DNA of 64,000 bases, from positions 334,056,001-334,120,000 of the forward strand of contig OZ024742.1 of assembly GCA_964016885.1 (NCBI GenBank), written 5' to 3'. The position numbers and the translations under genes are program-made. Of the stretch, positions 1 to 11,925 are shown in pieces (within the stretch, counting starts at the first letter, position 1; every line of letters begins with the position of its first letter). The notes beneath the pieces were generated by a model that made no database searches, had not been told where the DNA came from, and saw nothing but the letters and a program-made list of their open reading frames with translations. The stretch is from Eledone cirrhosa. Lineage: Eukaryota.

Positions 1-689
1 GATGCTCTGCTTTACACACACATACAATCACTTAGAAATAATTGTATATGTACAAAATGTATATAATAATCGCCCCTCTTGCCGCATATTAATTTTTCAA
101 ATATTTCCCCACACTACTATTTCAATTTAGCTCCGGCGAAATTTTATTTTAAGTGGTAACATTCCTGTGACAATTAATTTCCTTTATAACATAGGAAACA
201 TTATACGAGGAAAAATATGACCTGACTAGAAATTCCATACGTTATAAAATGAATGTTATAAAATAATATGGGTACTAAATATGTAAAGTAAACGACTAAT
301 TCTGGTTTTTAAAAAAATCAACGGATACAACCTAAAAAATCGCCTATGTTCCACCGTCAGCCCCCACTTATTCCACGACACCCCGCTTATTCCAACTCAC
401 TCGCTCATTCCAAACACCGCTTATTTCAAAACCTCTATTATTTGGGACCCGAAAGTAGGTATTTTACTAAATCTGTAATCGTCTCGTTTTTTTATATTTG
501 TGCACGATCACCATGAGTGTCCTTTGAAGGGACGAAACGGCTTAGTTTCCGAAATCATATCTGGCCACAAAAGGCACGTAATATATATATTTGAGGTAAA
601 AGAATACATCATTTCCTCAGCCATACGAAATGTAACTTATTAAAGTCACCTATGAAGCTATACCATATGACAACATATTTATGCGGAAA

Positions 690-1060
690 ACCTAGTAAAC
701 TTGGAGTATATCAATATATTGCCAATACTAATCTAATCCAAGCTGGATAATGTTTTTAGTAAATTTTCTGTCATCACGTTAAGTAAGATTCCACTATGAC
801 TCAAGTGAATAGTTTGACCAGTGTATTATACTAGGAATATATTATGGATTTGAGAGAGACATACTCGATGACTAAATACACGGAACAAATGTTCAGAACA
901 ATACTAAATCATATGGAATGCTGCATGGTAAAAATCATAATGAAGGACAAAATAAACTGTCAACGAATAAGAGATTTATCAATTTCATAAGACATCATAA
1001 AATATATGATGAAAATTCAGGACATGTAGCGGGGAGTTGACAGGAGTTGATATGTTTACA
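690..1060 (+). mobile_element. Highly decayed RTE-clade LINE fragment (C-terminal part of RT ORF)
   Basis: Frameshifted translation gives KIPL*LK..FDQCIILGIYYG..ETYSMTK..ME..M.....KDKI....IR....DII......GHVA, matching the RTE pattern KIP..LK.KVFNQCVLP.MTYG.ETW.LTK...MER.MLG....DRIRN..IR....DII......WAGH.AR. Confidence 0.65.
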
Positions 1061-1187
1061 GAGTCGAGGGAGAAAGATGTTAAAATGGACAGGTAAGATC
1101 GATTGGTTTATAGCATCTTCCCTAAAGAGCGTGATTTAAGAGTGTTTTGTCGTGATATTTACTTTGAAGTGGGCAAATTTCTAAGAA

Positions 1188-1244
<57 letters not shown>

Positions 1245-1300
1245 TGTATCTATATGAATATATATACACGCACACACACACACACGCACATACACACACT

Positions 1301-1384
<84 letters not shown>

Positions 1385-1403
1385 TACACACACATATATA
1401 TAT

Positions 1404-1600
1404 ATTAAAATAACAGATTAAAGTTTAAGCAAAGAATCGCTGCTTTCATCCTCTTCACGGATCTTCTGAAAGCACCGATTCTTTGCTTAAACTTTAATCT
1501 GTTATTTTAATAAATTTTGCACTATGGTTTTATATATTGATATATATATTATCCTTATCGAGCCCTCTTCGTATTTTAGTCTTCACATTTATTATTATTA
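1404..1600. repeat. Dispersed repeat family A; this copy is a foldback palindrome (1404-1511)
   Basis: AAAATAACAGATTAAAGTTTAAGCAAAGAATCG is followed by its reverse complement. The family recurs at about 16534-16655, 16945-17400, 17695-17840, 28860-29145, 30797-30910 and 54104-54220. Confidence 0.85.
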
Positions 1601-1602
1601 CA

Positions 1603-1674
<72 letters not shown>

Positions 1675-2517
1675 CTATACACGTGTGTGTGTATAACAGC
1701 GTCCGAAGTGAGGCCAGAATTAGAACGGCTCATCCCGTACAGAGTGGGGGCCTAAACTGGAACCCAAAACCTAATGTCACGCATACATATTAAACGTATA
1801 AAATTTCAATTATGATATAATTCGCCCACTTATTCCTGAGGTGGACGTGGCGTAAGTGTTCTAAAACACTCCTTCTAGCGGGTCCTGTCAGAAGCAACCA
1901 TTTCCAACTGATCCGTCTGGATCTCCAAATCAGACCAGCCAAGCTCTTGGATGTTATCCAACCATCTTGGTCGGGATCTACATCTGGGTCTCCTGGGAGT
2001 TGGTTTTCCCCGTAAAATGTGTCCTTAAACATCTGTCAATTCGGAGAAGTAGCGGCTCTGCCAAGAGGTGCTCTCTGAATCTCCGACCAACTCACTTAAT
2101 CGAGTAAGGATACTCCCAAGTTCTTTCGGAAAAATCACATTACGGCCGCTTGTATTCGCGATCGTATTATTTCGGTAATTACCCAAGATCCATGTCCCTA
2201 AGAGTTGATACGAGTAGCGAATTAAAGATAGCGAGGTTGGCTTATAGGCCTGCCTCCCTTCTGCTGAATGCGGAATGTTGAATGCTGAAGGGTGAATATA
2301 TATATATAGTGACGGACTGGGTATAAAAATATGCAGTAGATGCAGGGGGGCCCACTTACATATAGAATGCTATCATTTAATTTTTATAATGAATAAATAA
2401 CATTTTCTAAAAATACTTAAGTGGAAACAAAACAGTGCAATCAAATGTTTGCGGAAAAATATGTTACCTTCTCTGATAAAAAATATTATGTATTTTGTGA
2501 AATCCAGAGACTTTTAA

Positions 2518-2708
2518 TAATTGTTTCTACTTTTGTCACAAGGCCAGCAATTATCCCAGTGCATTACTGGTGTTTTATTTTATCGACCCTGTAAGGATGA
2601 AAGCAAAAGTTAACCTCGGTGGTATTTGAACTCAGGGCGTAAAAGGGCGTAACTCTATGCTACAAAGCATGGCGTCCGACCCTCTACCGATACTGCCAAT
2701 CCACCGCC
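2518..2708 (-). mobile_element. tRNA-derived SINE, family 1
   Basis: Minus strand has an A-box-like TGGCAGTATCGG, B-box GAGTTCAAAT, central GCTTTCATCCTTACAGGGTCGATAAAAT and an AGTAGAAACAATTATT tail; ACTTTTAATAAT flanks both ends as a likely TSD. Confidence 0.85.
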
Positions 2709-3061
2709 CTAGGAACTTTTAATAATGACCAGAAGTCGACCCTAAATATTACTAATAGCTCTTGGAAAGCCATGAGCGACACCACATCTGTTTAACTTTG
2801 ATTTTGAAAGTAGGTTTATAATTATCAATTTTCATTACATTATTGTAGCTGTCTCGGTGACCTAGCTGGAGGAATCATAAACGGTGGTGATTCTGGTCTG
2901 AAGTTCGATCCTGGTCGGAAGTAGGGATCCCGGTAAACCTTTCCATTTTTTTTTCTATCGGTTGAAAAAGAAAACTAAAAAGGTTACATGTATATTGCGG
3001 AAAAATATGTTACCTTCTCCAATAAAGCATATTGTGTATTTTGCGAAATCCAGAGACTTTC

Positions 3062-3250
3062 AATAATTGTTTCTACTTTTGGCACATGGCCAGCAATTAC
3101 CCAGTTTATTACTGGTACTTTATTTTATCGACCCCATAAGGATGAAAGGCAAATTTAACCTCGGTGGGATTTGAACTCAGAATGGCAAGGGCAGTAACTC
3201 TATGCATCAAAGCATGGCGTCCGACCCTCTACCGATACGGCCAATCCACC
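3062..3250 (-). mobile_element. tRNA-derived SINE, family 1
   Basis: Same consensus as 2518-2708. Confidence 0.85.
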
Positions 3251-3280
3251 AATAATGACCTTTGGTCTTTCACACTCACT

Positions 3281-3456
3281 GGTACTATCGGTAGAGGGTG
3301 GGGCACCATGCTTTCTAGCATAGTTACGTCCCTTTACAGTCTGAGTTCAAATCCCGCCGAGGTTAACTTTGCCTTTCATCCTTACAGGGTCGATAAAATA
3401 AAGTACCAGTAATGTACTGGTTTATTGCTGGCCTTGTGCCTAAAGTAGAAACAACT
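3281..3456 (+). mobile_element. tRNA-derived SINE, family 1
   Basis: GAGTTCAAATCCCGCCGAGG B-box region, GCCTTTCATCCTTACAGGGTCGATAAAATAAAGTACCAG body and GTAGAAACAA tail. Confidence 0.85.
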
Positions 3457-3470
3457 ATATATGTATATAC

Positions 3471-3537
<67 letters not shown>

Positions 3538-3539
3538 CG

Positions 3540-4235
3540 AGTATATGTTCCTACATGCACAAGGCGCTAAGGGACACATGTATTGTCCAACCATATGTCA
3601 ATGTGGTTCAATGGCAGGTTAATAAATTAACGAGCCAGAACATATGTAATCAAGGTTTAGCAAATAAGAAAAAGTTTCAAAATAAATTTTTAAAAATTAA
3701 CTTTACTTACTATGGTTACCTTTACCGAATCGGTATTTGCTAAACCTTGATTATATATGTTCTGGCTTGTTAATTTATTAACCTGCCATTGAACCACATT
3801 GGCATATGGTTGGACAATACATGTGTCCCTTAGCGCCTTGTGCGTGTAGGAACATATACTCTATTATTACTACCTCCTCTTGGTTGAGAAAAAAATTTGC
3901 TCGCTCTGACTGCTGCTAGTTATAGCGGGAGCCAATTGACCTCCCTGCCTCTGCTTCTATCTTTACACACGGCACTTGAAAGAATTGATTCCACTTCATT
4001 TTCTCTCATCTCGGGAACAATTTTGAATAGCGCCAGTTCGTAATTTGAACTCGGGAATTTTATATTCTCCGAGTGAAAAGATCCTTCTGACGAGAGTTTA
4101 TCTTTGCAACGGATGCCGTATGGACTCCGTTTATTTTTGAGACTCGAAACCAATTCGGTAAAGTAACCATAGTAAGTAAAGTTAATTTTTTAAAATTTAT
4201 TTTGAAACTTTTTCTTATTTGCTAAACCTTGATTA
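3540..4235 (+). mobile_element. Non-coding HHR-bearing element (retrozyme-like / non-autonomous Penelope-type) with an inverted upstream copy
   Basis: Unit 3734-4235 has the terminal direct repeat TATTTGCTAAACCTTGATTA (3734 and 4216); 3540-3732 is an inverted copy spanning the unit's end-to-start junction; (TA)n on both flanks. Confidence 0.7.
4084..4163 (+). ncRNA. Type I hammerhead ribozyme
   Basis: CTT-CTGACGA-GAGTTT...AGACTC-GAAA-CCAATTCGG-TA-AAG: stem I CTT/AAG, stem II GAGTTT/AGACTC plus inner AACGGA/TCCGTT, stem III ACC/GGT, GUA triplet. Confidence 0.8.
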
Positions 4236-4246
4236 TATATATATAT

Positions 4247-4304
<58 letters not shown>

Positions 4305-4755
4305 CTCTATATATATACACACCACCCTCACCACTAATTGATTTGATAGATGTCTTTAACCCATTGATACCAAATATGATTTGGTTAGTAGTTCGTGTGT
4401 AAGTATACAAATATATATATATATGCTTGTGTGCCTGTTTCTATATATGTATGTTTGCATGCATGAATGAATAAACTAAGCTTTAGATTTAGTAGAATGT
4501 ACAACAACTAATTCCAGCTTTTGCACTATCATATCTTTTGGTTTCTATTAATTCCATGGGGAATTGGTCGACCAAATACTTTGCTTAATTGTTTTATTTA
4601 TTTTTTTTTAATGTTATTCTTTCTCTTAGAATTCAGGTATTTTTTGCAAAGTATTGCATTGGCCCCTAAAATACTACAGGCTATTGCAATGCTAGCGTGG
4701 GCCCATTGGGACCCACTTGCCAATTGGTCAACCTCACAACCTGGTCTGCCAACCA

Positions 4756-4822
<67 letters not shown>

Positions 4823-5096
4823 AAGTATATATAATTATAGTGGGAGAATATTTATTCGTTTACAATTGTTTCAAAGGACAAATCACAATTTGATACATAA
4901 GGACGAGACCTATCAAAATATGAATCAGTAGGCCTAGGTGATATACAAATGACTTCTACAGGACTAGAACTGTTATTTATACATATATAATATATATATA
5001 TCTAACTTGACCACTGCCACGTCACGATTCTTAGCCATTTTTGCATCTATTTTTGGCGCGATCACTTTGGAAAATTACATGTCTAATTTTGAGTTT

Positions 5097-5171
5097 TCTC
5101 CTGATGAGTTTGTTACTCTGGATATCCTGATAATTGGATGTCTAAAAATACGGACGAAACCATGGTAGAGA
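5097..5171 (+). ncRNA. Type I hammerhead ribozyme
   Basis: TCTC-CTGATGA-GTTTGT...ACGGAC-GAAA-CCATGG-TA-GAGA: canonical core, palindromic stem III ACCATGGT, inner stem GGATATCC/GGATGTCT, GUA triplet. Confidence 0.8.
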
Positions 5172-5453
5172 TATAATTACGGTATGTACACATTTCTTCT
5201 AAGTTTGAATTTACACCTAATTGTGTATGGTTGACGGTATATTTAGTCAGTTTCTACATGCTGTTGAAATGTTGGATAAATACTCTATTGGGGCCACCGC
5301 GAAGAGGCCGCTTTCGGTTATTTGTCGCAAATTTCTTCATAGGAGCCTTTATTCTTATAGCCTGGTCTAATTGATTTTTTTATATGGTTAATTATGCTAA
5401 TTGGGTGAGGAAATGGTATATATTTTATCTAATAATTCTAAGGACATGATTTA

Positions 5454-5518
<65 letters not shown>

Positions 5519-5764
5519 AAAACAATGAAATAAAAATTCAAGTAATTAGAAATATACTTCACTGCTTTACGATTGTTTCTAGCTGATAGTGACTTGAATT
5601 TTTATTTCATTGTTTTAACTTATATCATGACTCTGTTTTCCCTTTGATGTTTTATTTTTTTCCGGTATTTATTTTAACCTACATTTTCAGCATATGGATT
5701 ACATTGAGTTCTTCATGCAGACTAGATCCCAAAACTAACCCTGGATATGTCTGTGTATATATAT

Positions 5765-5808
<44 letters not shown>

Positions 5809-5810
<2 letters not shown>

Positions 5811-7386
5811 GAGAGGTATCTTCCAGGGAGATAGCCTGTCCCCTCTGTTGTTTGTCCTTGCCCTGATGCCCTTGACCATTATGCTGCGAAAAGTGAGAGC
5901 AGGATACAAGTTGGGAAGGGGAGAGCTTACCATCAATCACCTCCTCTTCATGGACGATCTTAAGCTCTTCGGGAAAAGTGAGAAGGAGTTGGATGTGCTT
6001 GTTGACACTGTCCGTATTTTCAGCAGTGATATATGTATGCAGTTTGGTATTGGTAAATGTGGAGTCATTGTGATGAAGAGGGGTAGGTTGAGCAGAAGTA
6101 ACGGGATCCAGATACCAACAGGTGAGATGATAAAGGAAATTGACTCTGAGGAAGGATACAAGTATTTGGGCGTTCTGGAGGCTGATGGCATAAAGAACAA
6201 AAAAATGAAGGAATTGTTAAGAACTGAATACATTCGGAGAGTAAGGAGCGTATTGAAGTCACATCTGAACAGCAGAAATGCCATAAGCGCAGTAAATTCC
6301 CGAGCTGTGTCTATTATTAGGTACAGTGCGGGAATTCTGAGATGGAATGTTGCTGAACAAAAAGAAATGGATAGGAAGACTAGGAAGCTATTGACTATCT
6401 ACAACATGTTCCACAAGAGGAGTGATGTCGATAGACTCTACCTAAGGAGATCTGAGGGTGGAAGAGGTCTTATCAGCATAGAGGACTGTGTTCAGATGGA
6501 GAAAAACAACCTATACAAATACGTGACCTATAGTAAGGAGCCAATGCTCAGAACTGTACTGAAGGAGGGGACAGTAGGCCAGGGGATGTCCAAGGAGGAA
6601 ATAACATCAAGGAGGAAGAGCAGCCTTAAGGGAAAATCCCTTCATAGTACCTTCTTTGAGAAAACTGAATTTAGAGATCCACAGACATGGAACTGGTTGA
6701 GAAGAGGAGACCTCAAAAAGGCTACAGAAGGAATGCTAATGGCTGCGCAGGAGCAGGCCCTCAAAACGAAGTGGTTGAAGCACCATATCTACAAGGAGGA
6801 GGCTAGCCCACTGTGCAGGATCTGTGGAGAGAGAGAGGAGACTGTGGCTCACATTGTGTCCGAGTGTAAGCACCTAGCCCAGACCCACTATAAGGGCTGG
6901 AGACACGATGTGATGGGCAGGGTGATCCACTGGCACCTGTGCAAAGTAAACAATCTACCACATTCTGAGAAATGGTATGAGCATAGGCCAGAGGCGGTGA
7001 TGGAGAACAGTCAGGTGAAGGTGCTGTGGGATTTTAGGATACAGACGGACAAAAAACTGGAACACAATAGACCTGACCTGGTGGTTATGGACAAAGAAAA
7101 AAGATCGTGCCTGATTGTGGATGTGGCCTGCCCGTTCGACACGAGAGTGCAAGAGAAGGAGAGGGAGAAAATTAACCGATACCAGGACCTAAAGTGGGAG
7201 GTGAAAAGGATTTGGAACTGCCATGAAGTCAAAGTGATCCCGATTGTCATAGGCGCACTGGGGACTATCTCCAAAGGTTTCCAGGGATGGTTAAAGAAAA
7301 TCGGCCCCTTCACGCTTTTTGGAACGCTTCAAAAGGCATGCTTGCTTGGAACAGCAAGAACCCTCCGATACGTCCTGAATATCTGA
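5809..7386 (+). CDS. C-terminal RT, CCHC zinc knuckle and RLE endonuclease (partial ORF, no true start)
   Basis: RGIFQGDSLSP and HLLFMDDLKL (RT), YKYLG, GGRGL, CRICGEREETVAHIVSEC (CCHC), RHD, RPDLVV...IVDVACP and KINRY (PD-D/ExK RLE); no stops over about 525 codons. Confidence 0.92.
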
Positions 7387-7490
7387 GGCTGCAGGTAGTG
7401 GCTTGATATTCAATCCAACGGACTTTCCAGTTAACCAACATCAATGACTGAGATTCAAGGAATAACAATAACAATAATAATAATAATAAT
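5809..7490 (+). mobile_element. 5'-truncated non-LTR retrotransposon with restriction-like endonuclease (R4/Dong-like), inserted in (TAA)n
   Basis: (TAA)n at 5769-5810 and a (TAA/CAA)n tail at 7461-7490 flank a GC-richer coding block; about 75 nt 3' UTR. Confidence 0.9.
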
Positions 7491-7724
7491 AGAAAACCCC
7501 GTGACCAAGAAATACCCGGATGGCGGCCGGCGGGGAATAGCCGTGTGTCTAGGGGAGAACGACCCCTCTAGTCTTGGTTGACACTCGTTCTAGAAGTGGT
7601 AACACGAAATGATTACCCCTTGGCCGATAAGGGGTAATCATTTCGAATGATGACGTTTTTCGTATTCGTATTATTCGGGGCAACCTCTGGTAATGAGGTA
7701 ATTATATTGTATTGTTTATTATAC

Positions 7725-7768
<44 letters not shown>

Positions 7769-7783
7769 ACTAAAAAGCGAATC

Positions 7784-8035
7784 AGTATTGCGATAAAGGG
7801 AGTTTATTGAACATATTACAAATGTTTCTCGGGCGACCAGCTCGAGGCACGATCGATATGTTGATCATACCTGACTCTGAAATTTCCTATAGGAAAATAT
7901 GCTTCGTAGAATCGAGACGTATCCGACGACCGAGATATTTCAGAGTCAGGTATGTTCAACATATCGATCGTACCTCGAGCTGGTCGCCCGAGAAACAATT
8001 GTAATATTTCCAATAAATTCCTTTCGTCGCAACAC
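7784..8035. repeat. Inverted repeat containing an HHR-like motif with variant core (7919-8007, +)
   Basis: About 7790-7883 is the reverse complement of about 7937-8030; GTAT-CCGACGA-C...A-GAAA-CAATTG-TA-ATAT. Confidence 0.7.
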
Positions 8036-8179
8036 AAGTTATCTTTTTTCTGTGATATCATACTCTGCTCCACGAGGGCATCAATTGCTCATACGGACGC
8101 TTTAAGCATCCAACACCAATTATATATATAAATATATATATTAGATATATTAAATATATTATAATAGATATATTAGATA

Positions 8180-8337
8180 TATCTCATATGAAATAATACA
8201 GCCAATTTTCCACGCAATACTTTTAGTTAGCACCCCGAACGCATAATTGGGAATATAATCACTTATTTCCTAATGTTTGTTGAGTGAGTTGGAATTTGGC
8301 AGGAGTATCGCTAAAAAGCTTTCTCCGATATTGTATT

Positions 8338-8340
<3 letters not shown>
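8180..8340 (+). repeat. Dispersed ~155 bp repeat; near-identical inverted copy at about 45533-45690
   Basis: GAAATAATACAGCCAATTTTCCACGCAATACTTTTAGTTAGCACCCCGAAC...CTCCGATATTGTATTTA; both copies lie in (TA)n. Confidence 0.85.
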
Positions 8341-8378
<38 letters not shown>

Positions 8379-8431
8379 TATATGTATAAATATTATGTGT
8401 GTATAAATATATATATCGTTTAGTCTTATCT

Positions 8432-8800
8432 AGTTTCAGTCATTCGAACTTCGCCATGTTGTGACACCAGCCTAAAGGGATATAAACAAACATACCTACC
8501 CCACTAGTTATTCTTAAGTCTGACAATTATATTATCAATCCCTTCTTGACAACCGCTCCATATACGTGATAAACACAATCATAGACACAGACATAACGGC
8601 AAATATGCACGTTACCGAATGCACCGGCGCATGTTTATGTATAGAAGGAACATCTGCAATATTTGTGTAGAATATTTCCCTCGAACGTTATTAATTAAAC
8701 TGGGGCTATAGTAAAAGATAATAGCCCAATGTATCGCGCAATGGGAGTAAACCCGAACCCACAAGTTTTCGAAGTTAACCTTTCTTTCCACAGCCTTGCC
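8432..8800 (-). mobile_element. Decayed SINE, family 2 (CORE-like)
   Basis: GGGGCTATAGTAAAAGAT..GCCCAA..GCAATGGGAGTAAACCCG resembles the reverse complement of the tRNA head and core at 22416-22560; assignment partly from recalled octopus SINE consensus. Confidence 0.5.
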
Positions 8801-8822
8801 TCTACCCGTATATATGCATGCA

Positions 8823-8890
<68 letters not shown>

Positions 8891-10178
8891 AGGGGGGGGG
8901 GCGTTATTTATATATATAAGCTCATTTTATGCTTATTTAGAATGATGTTCATATGTTATATATTATGTTATGTAATTTTGCTATTGCCAGATCTACGACT
9001 TGATATAATTGTTCATATTGCCTGATATTAAAACAGACTTGCTTCCTGTTTCTAAACAGACCGAATTGATACTAGCCGACTTGATTAAAATCAGAATTGT
9101 CTTATTGATCCATTGCCGTTCGCGTTATATCTCTAAAATTGTTTTGGGCTAAAGATTGAATGTATTAATTACGTATATTTTGTTTACGCTAATCTTTTAC
9201 AATTACACACACACACGTGCTTCTATATTATCACTATTTATCGAATGGTAAATGGAAAAATCGTTTGAGCAATACACACACTACCCTGTGTCTAAATAAT
9301 TTCAAACACTAATGTCGACCTTATTTTCCATATTTTCTGTGTTGATATATTACAAACCTTTCAGAACCGGTAGTCAATCAAATCGTTTACAAACTTTCCC
9401 AAAATGTTTGGCTTGGTACGAAGGTTAAAAATTATCATTAATTCGTTACAAAAGACACCGCTCATACTTGCTTGGAACTTTTGAAGCATCGCACTAATAG
9501 TAACATATTTAGTTTCGTGATTTAGTATTTGATTTCCAAGCACTGAAACGTGTGATTTCACATTTTATTTCTCTAAAACTAGTAAGTTCTGTCGTAAAAC
9601 TTCATATTAATCTAACAAATATTTCGCTGTGTTGTGACTAATCAAAATAAATTAATTGTTTATTCTTGACGCAATGAATGGCACTATTTATTGAGCTATG
9701 AAACATGAAAGATAGTTCGCTTAGGTGGGAGTATAATTGGTGATGAAAATATTCGAAAGTAAATGTTAAGCTATATTTGCTACTTCTCTCCCTACTCATG
9801 AATAGATTGCCATTGATTTGTTTGTGTTATGCGCTTTAGACAAAGACGAATGTTTTTAGCAACCCAAATTCCCAAACGGCTATTCTTTCACAGTAAAGCA
9901 CAGTTCATTTCACTTAATTTGTTAAAATCTATAGATTTCTGGTCTTTCCCCAATTTCAGAAAACACTATTAAATTCTCTGCACAATGAAAGAGAAACTTA
10001 CCATGAAAGAGAAACTTAGACTAATCTTCATAAGATTGCCTCGCGTTCTTAATTCCAGACTTTGAGATAGTTGTTGATTAGAACCAATTTATTTCTGTCC
10101 AACCGTAACCACCCTGTCTTGTTTTCAAGCATTGTATATACAATCCCATTACCCAAAGTGACCTTCATTATTAAGATA

Positions 10179-10367
10179 GGTGGATTGGCAGTATCGGTAG
10201 ATGGTCGGACGCCATGCTTTCCAGCATAGTTACGTCCCTTTACGATCTGAGTTCAAATCCAGCCGAGGTTGACTTTGCCTTTCATCCTTATGGGGTCGAT
10301 AAAATAAAATACCGGTAATACACTGGCATAATTACTGGCCTTGTGGGAAAAGTTGAAACAATTATTA
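10179..10367 (+). mobile_element. tRNA-derived SINE, family 1
   Basis: Full consensus; TSD ATTATTAAGAT at 10167-10177 and 10361-10371. Confidence 0.9.
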
Positions 10368-11659
10368 AGATTATCGGATGTTATTTATGGGAAATTCGGT
10401 TGTTTTTTCTAGCAGGTTAAACTATTATGTAAATGTACCGTGTTTGAATGAACCTATAATATTCTCCAGAATGTGTAATACTTTGGAAGGTAGTTTAAAA
10501 TGAAGTTATGATTCATGTGTTATCTATACGCCTCATGCAATGTTGTGTGATTTCCTGTTAGATCCTCGCCTCAAGTCATCTATGGTAAGATTGTCTACCA
10601 TTTTACTCAGGTCTACCTACCTTCAGTTGAATTGGACAGATGGAAACATTGTAGAACCATGTCAGATAGAGAGCTTGGTGAGTAGACTTAATTCATGTTC
10701 CAGTTTAATACTGTCACCTGGCTCATGTATGCCCTTAGTGAAGTCTATTCTGTTACAAGTATTCTGATCAGGTCTCGAGTGTGTGTGTGTTTTTTTTTGG
10801 GGGGGGGGGGGCTTTACTTTTCATTTTATTTCTTTATCAAATAACCGACGATCAAGGTAAGAAGTTATCGTCTCTGTTCTTGTTTCTCTTTCTGTTTAAT
10901 AACCAAACATCACGATGTTTTCATAAGACTCCAGGAGAAGAAATATGAAGAATGTCAATATGTTCTTAGTAATATGAACTACAGAGGGACAATATCGTTG
11001 AGATTTTCCACATAACAACAAACATCATCATTATAGTAACGATACGATAAAATAATTAAAGAGTAATTGCTTTCTCAACACGGCACAATTCAAAGAAGAA
11101 TGAATTTTCAAGTGAATTGGTTCAATCAAAGACAAACACACATGCAAAAATGAATACATGATAAACATTAAAAGAAAGAAAATGTGAAACATGCAGCTCA
11201 TATCTAGATCTTATCCATTCTCCAATATCATTGTGTGGTCAAAAACTACCAGTGAAGTACTTGGGTTCATGTAATCGACTCTCTTCTCCATTAAATTTGA
11301 AGTCCACCAAGAAGCGGATTGTCAGAAAAGGTAGAATCGGTGGGGGGGGGGGGGGGGCGTTGTTATAATTAGTTCTGTCACTTGAGTATTTAGCTACATC
11401 CATTCAAATTTTAGATAAACTACGGTTGAGATGAATTTAGTTTTCTAATTTAGTCCTCGGGCTTTGTCTTCACCCCTGGATGTACAACATAAAAATAAAA
11501 TGTCAGCAACCAGTGTTGGGAGTCTCAAATAAATATATTATAACACTATATAATAATTAGAGCCAATTATTGTTGGTATTAGTGTTGTTGGCGATGGTGA
11601 TGTTGTTGATCGTGATGTTGCTGTAGGGGATGTTGAGGTGGCGGTAATGGTGGCACTAG

Positions 11660-11673
11660 CAGTAGTAGTAGTG

Positions 11674-11724
<51 letters not shown>

Positions 11725-11877
11725 ACAGCAGTAGTAGTAGTAGTAGTATCAGCAGTAATAGTAGTAGTAGTAGTAGTAGTAGCAGTAGCAGTAGTAGTAG
11801 TAGTAGCAGTAGCAGTAGTAGTAGTAGTAGTAGTAGTGGTAACTGTAGCAGCAGCAGTAGTAGCAGCAGCAGTAGGC

Positions 11878-11924
<47 letters not shown>

Positions 11925-11925
11925 C
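11660..11925. repeat. (GTA)n/(GCA)n microsatellite
   Basis: Directly visible; explains the poly-V, poly-T and poly-S ORFs. Confidence 0.95.

Noticed and set aside
340-455. Short spaced CC(G/A)CTTATTCCA repeats resembling a CRISPR array
   Set aside because: Too short, degenerate and irregular, in a eukaryotic context; more likely transposon subterminal repeats
510-548. HHR-like GTCC...GGAC-GAAAC
   Set aside because: No CTGAnGA core and no stem I
5644-5808. N-terminus of the 580-aa ORF as a hydrophobic leader plus poly-Asn
   Set aside because: Chance read-through of flank and (TAA)n into a 5'-truncated RT
10560-10770. Exon-like segment with AG/GTGAGT boundaries
   Set aside because: It resembles a decayed SINE family 2 copy and the peptide is unrecognisable
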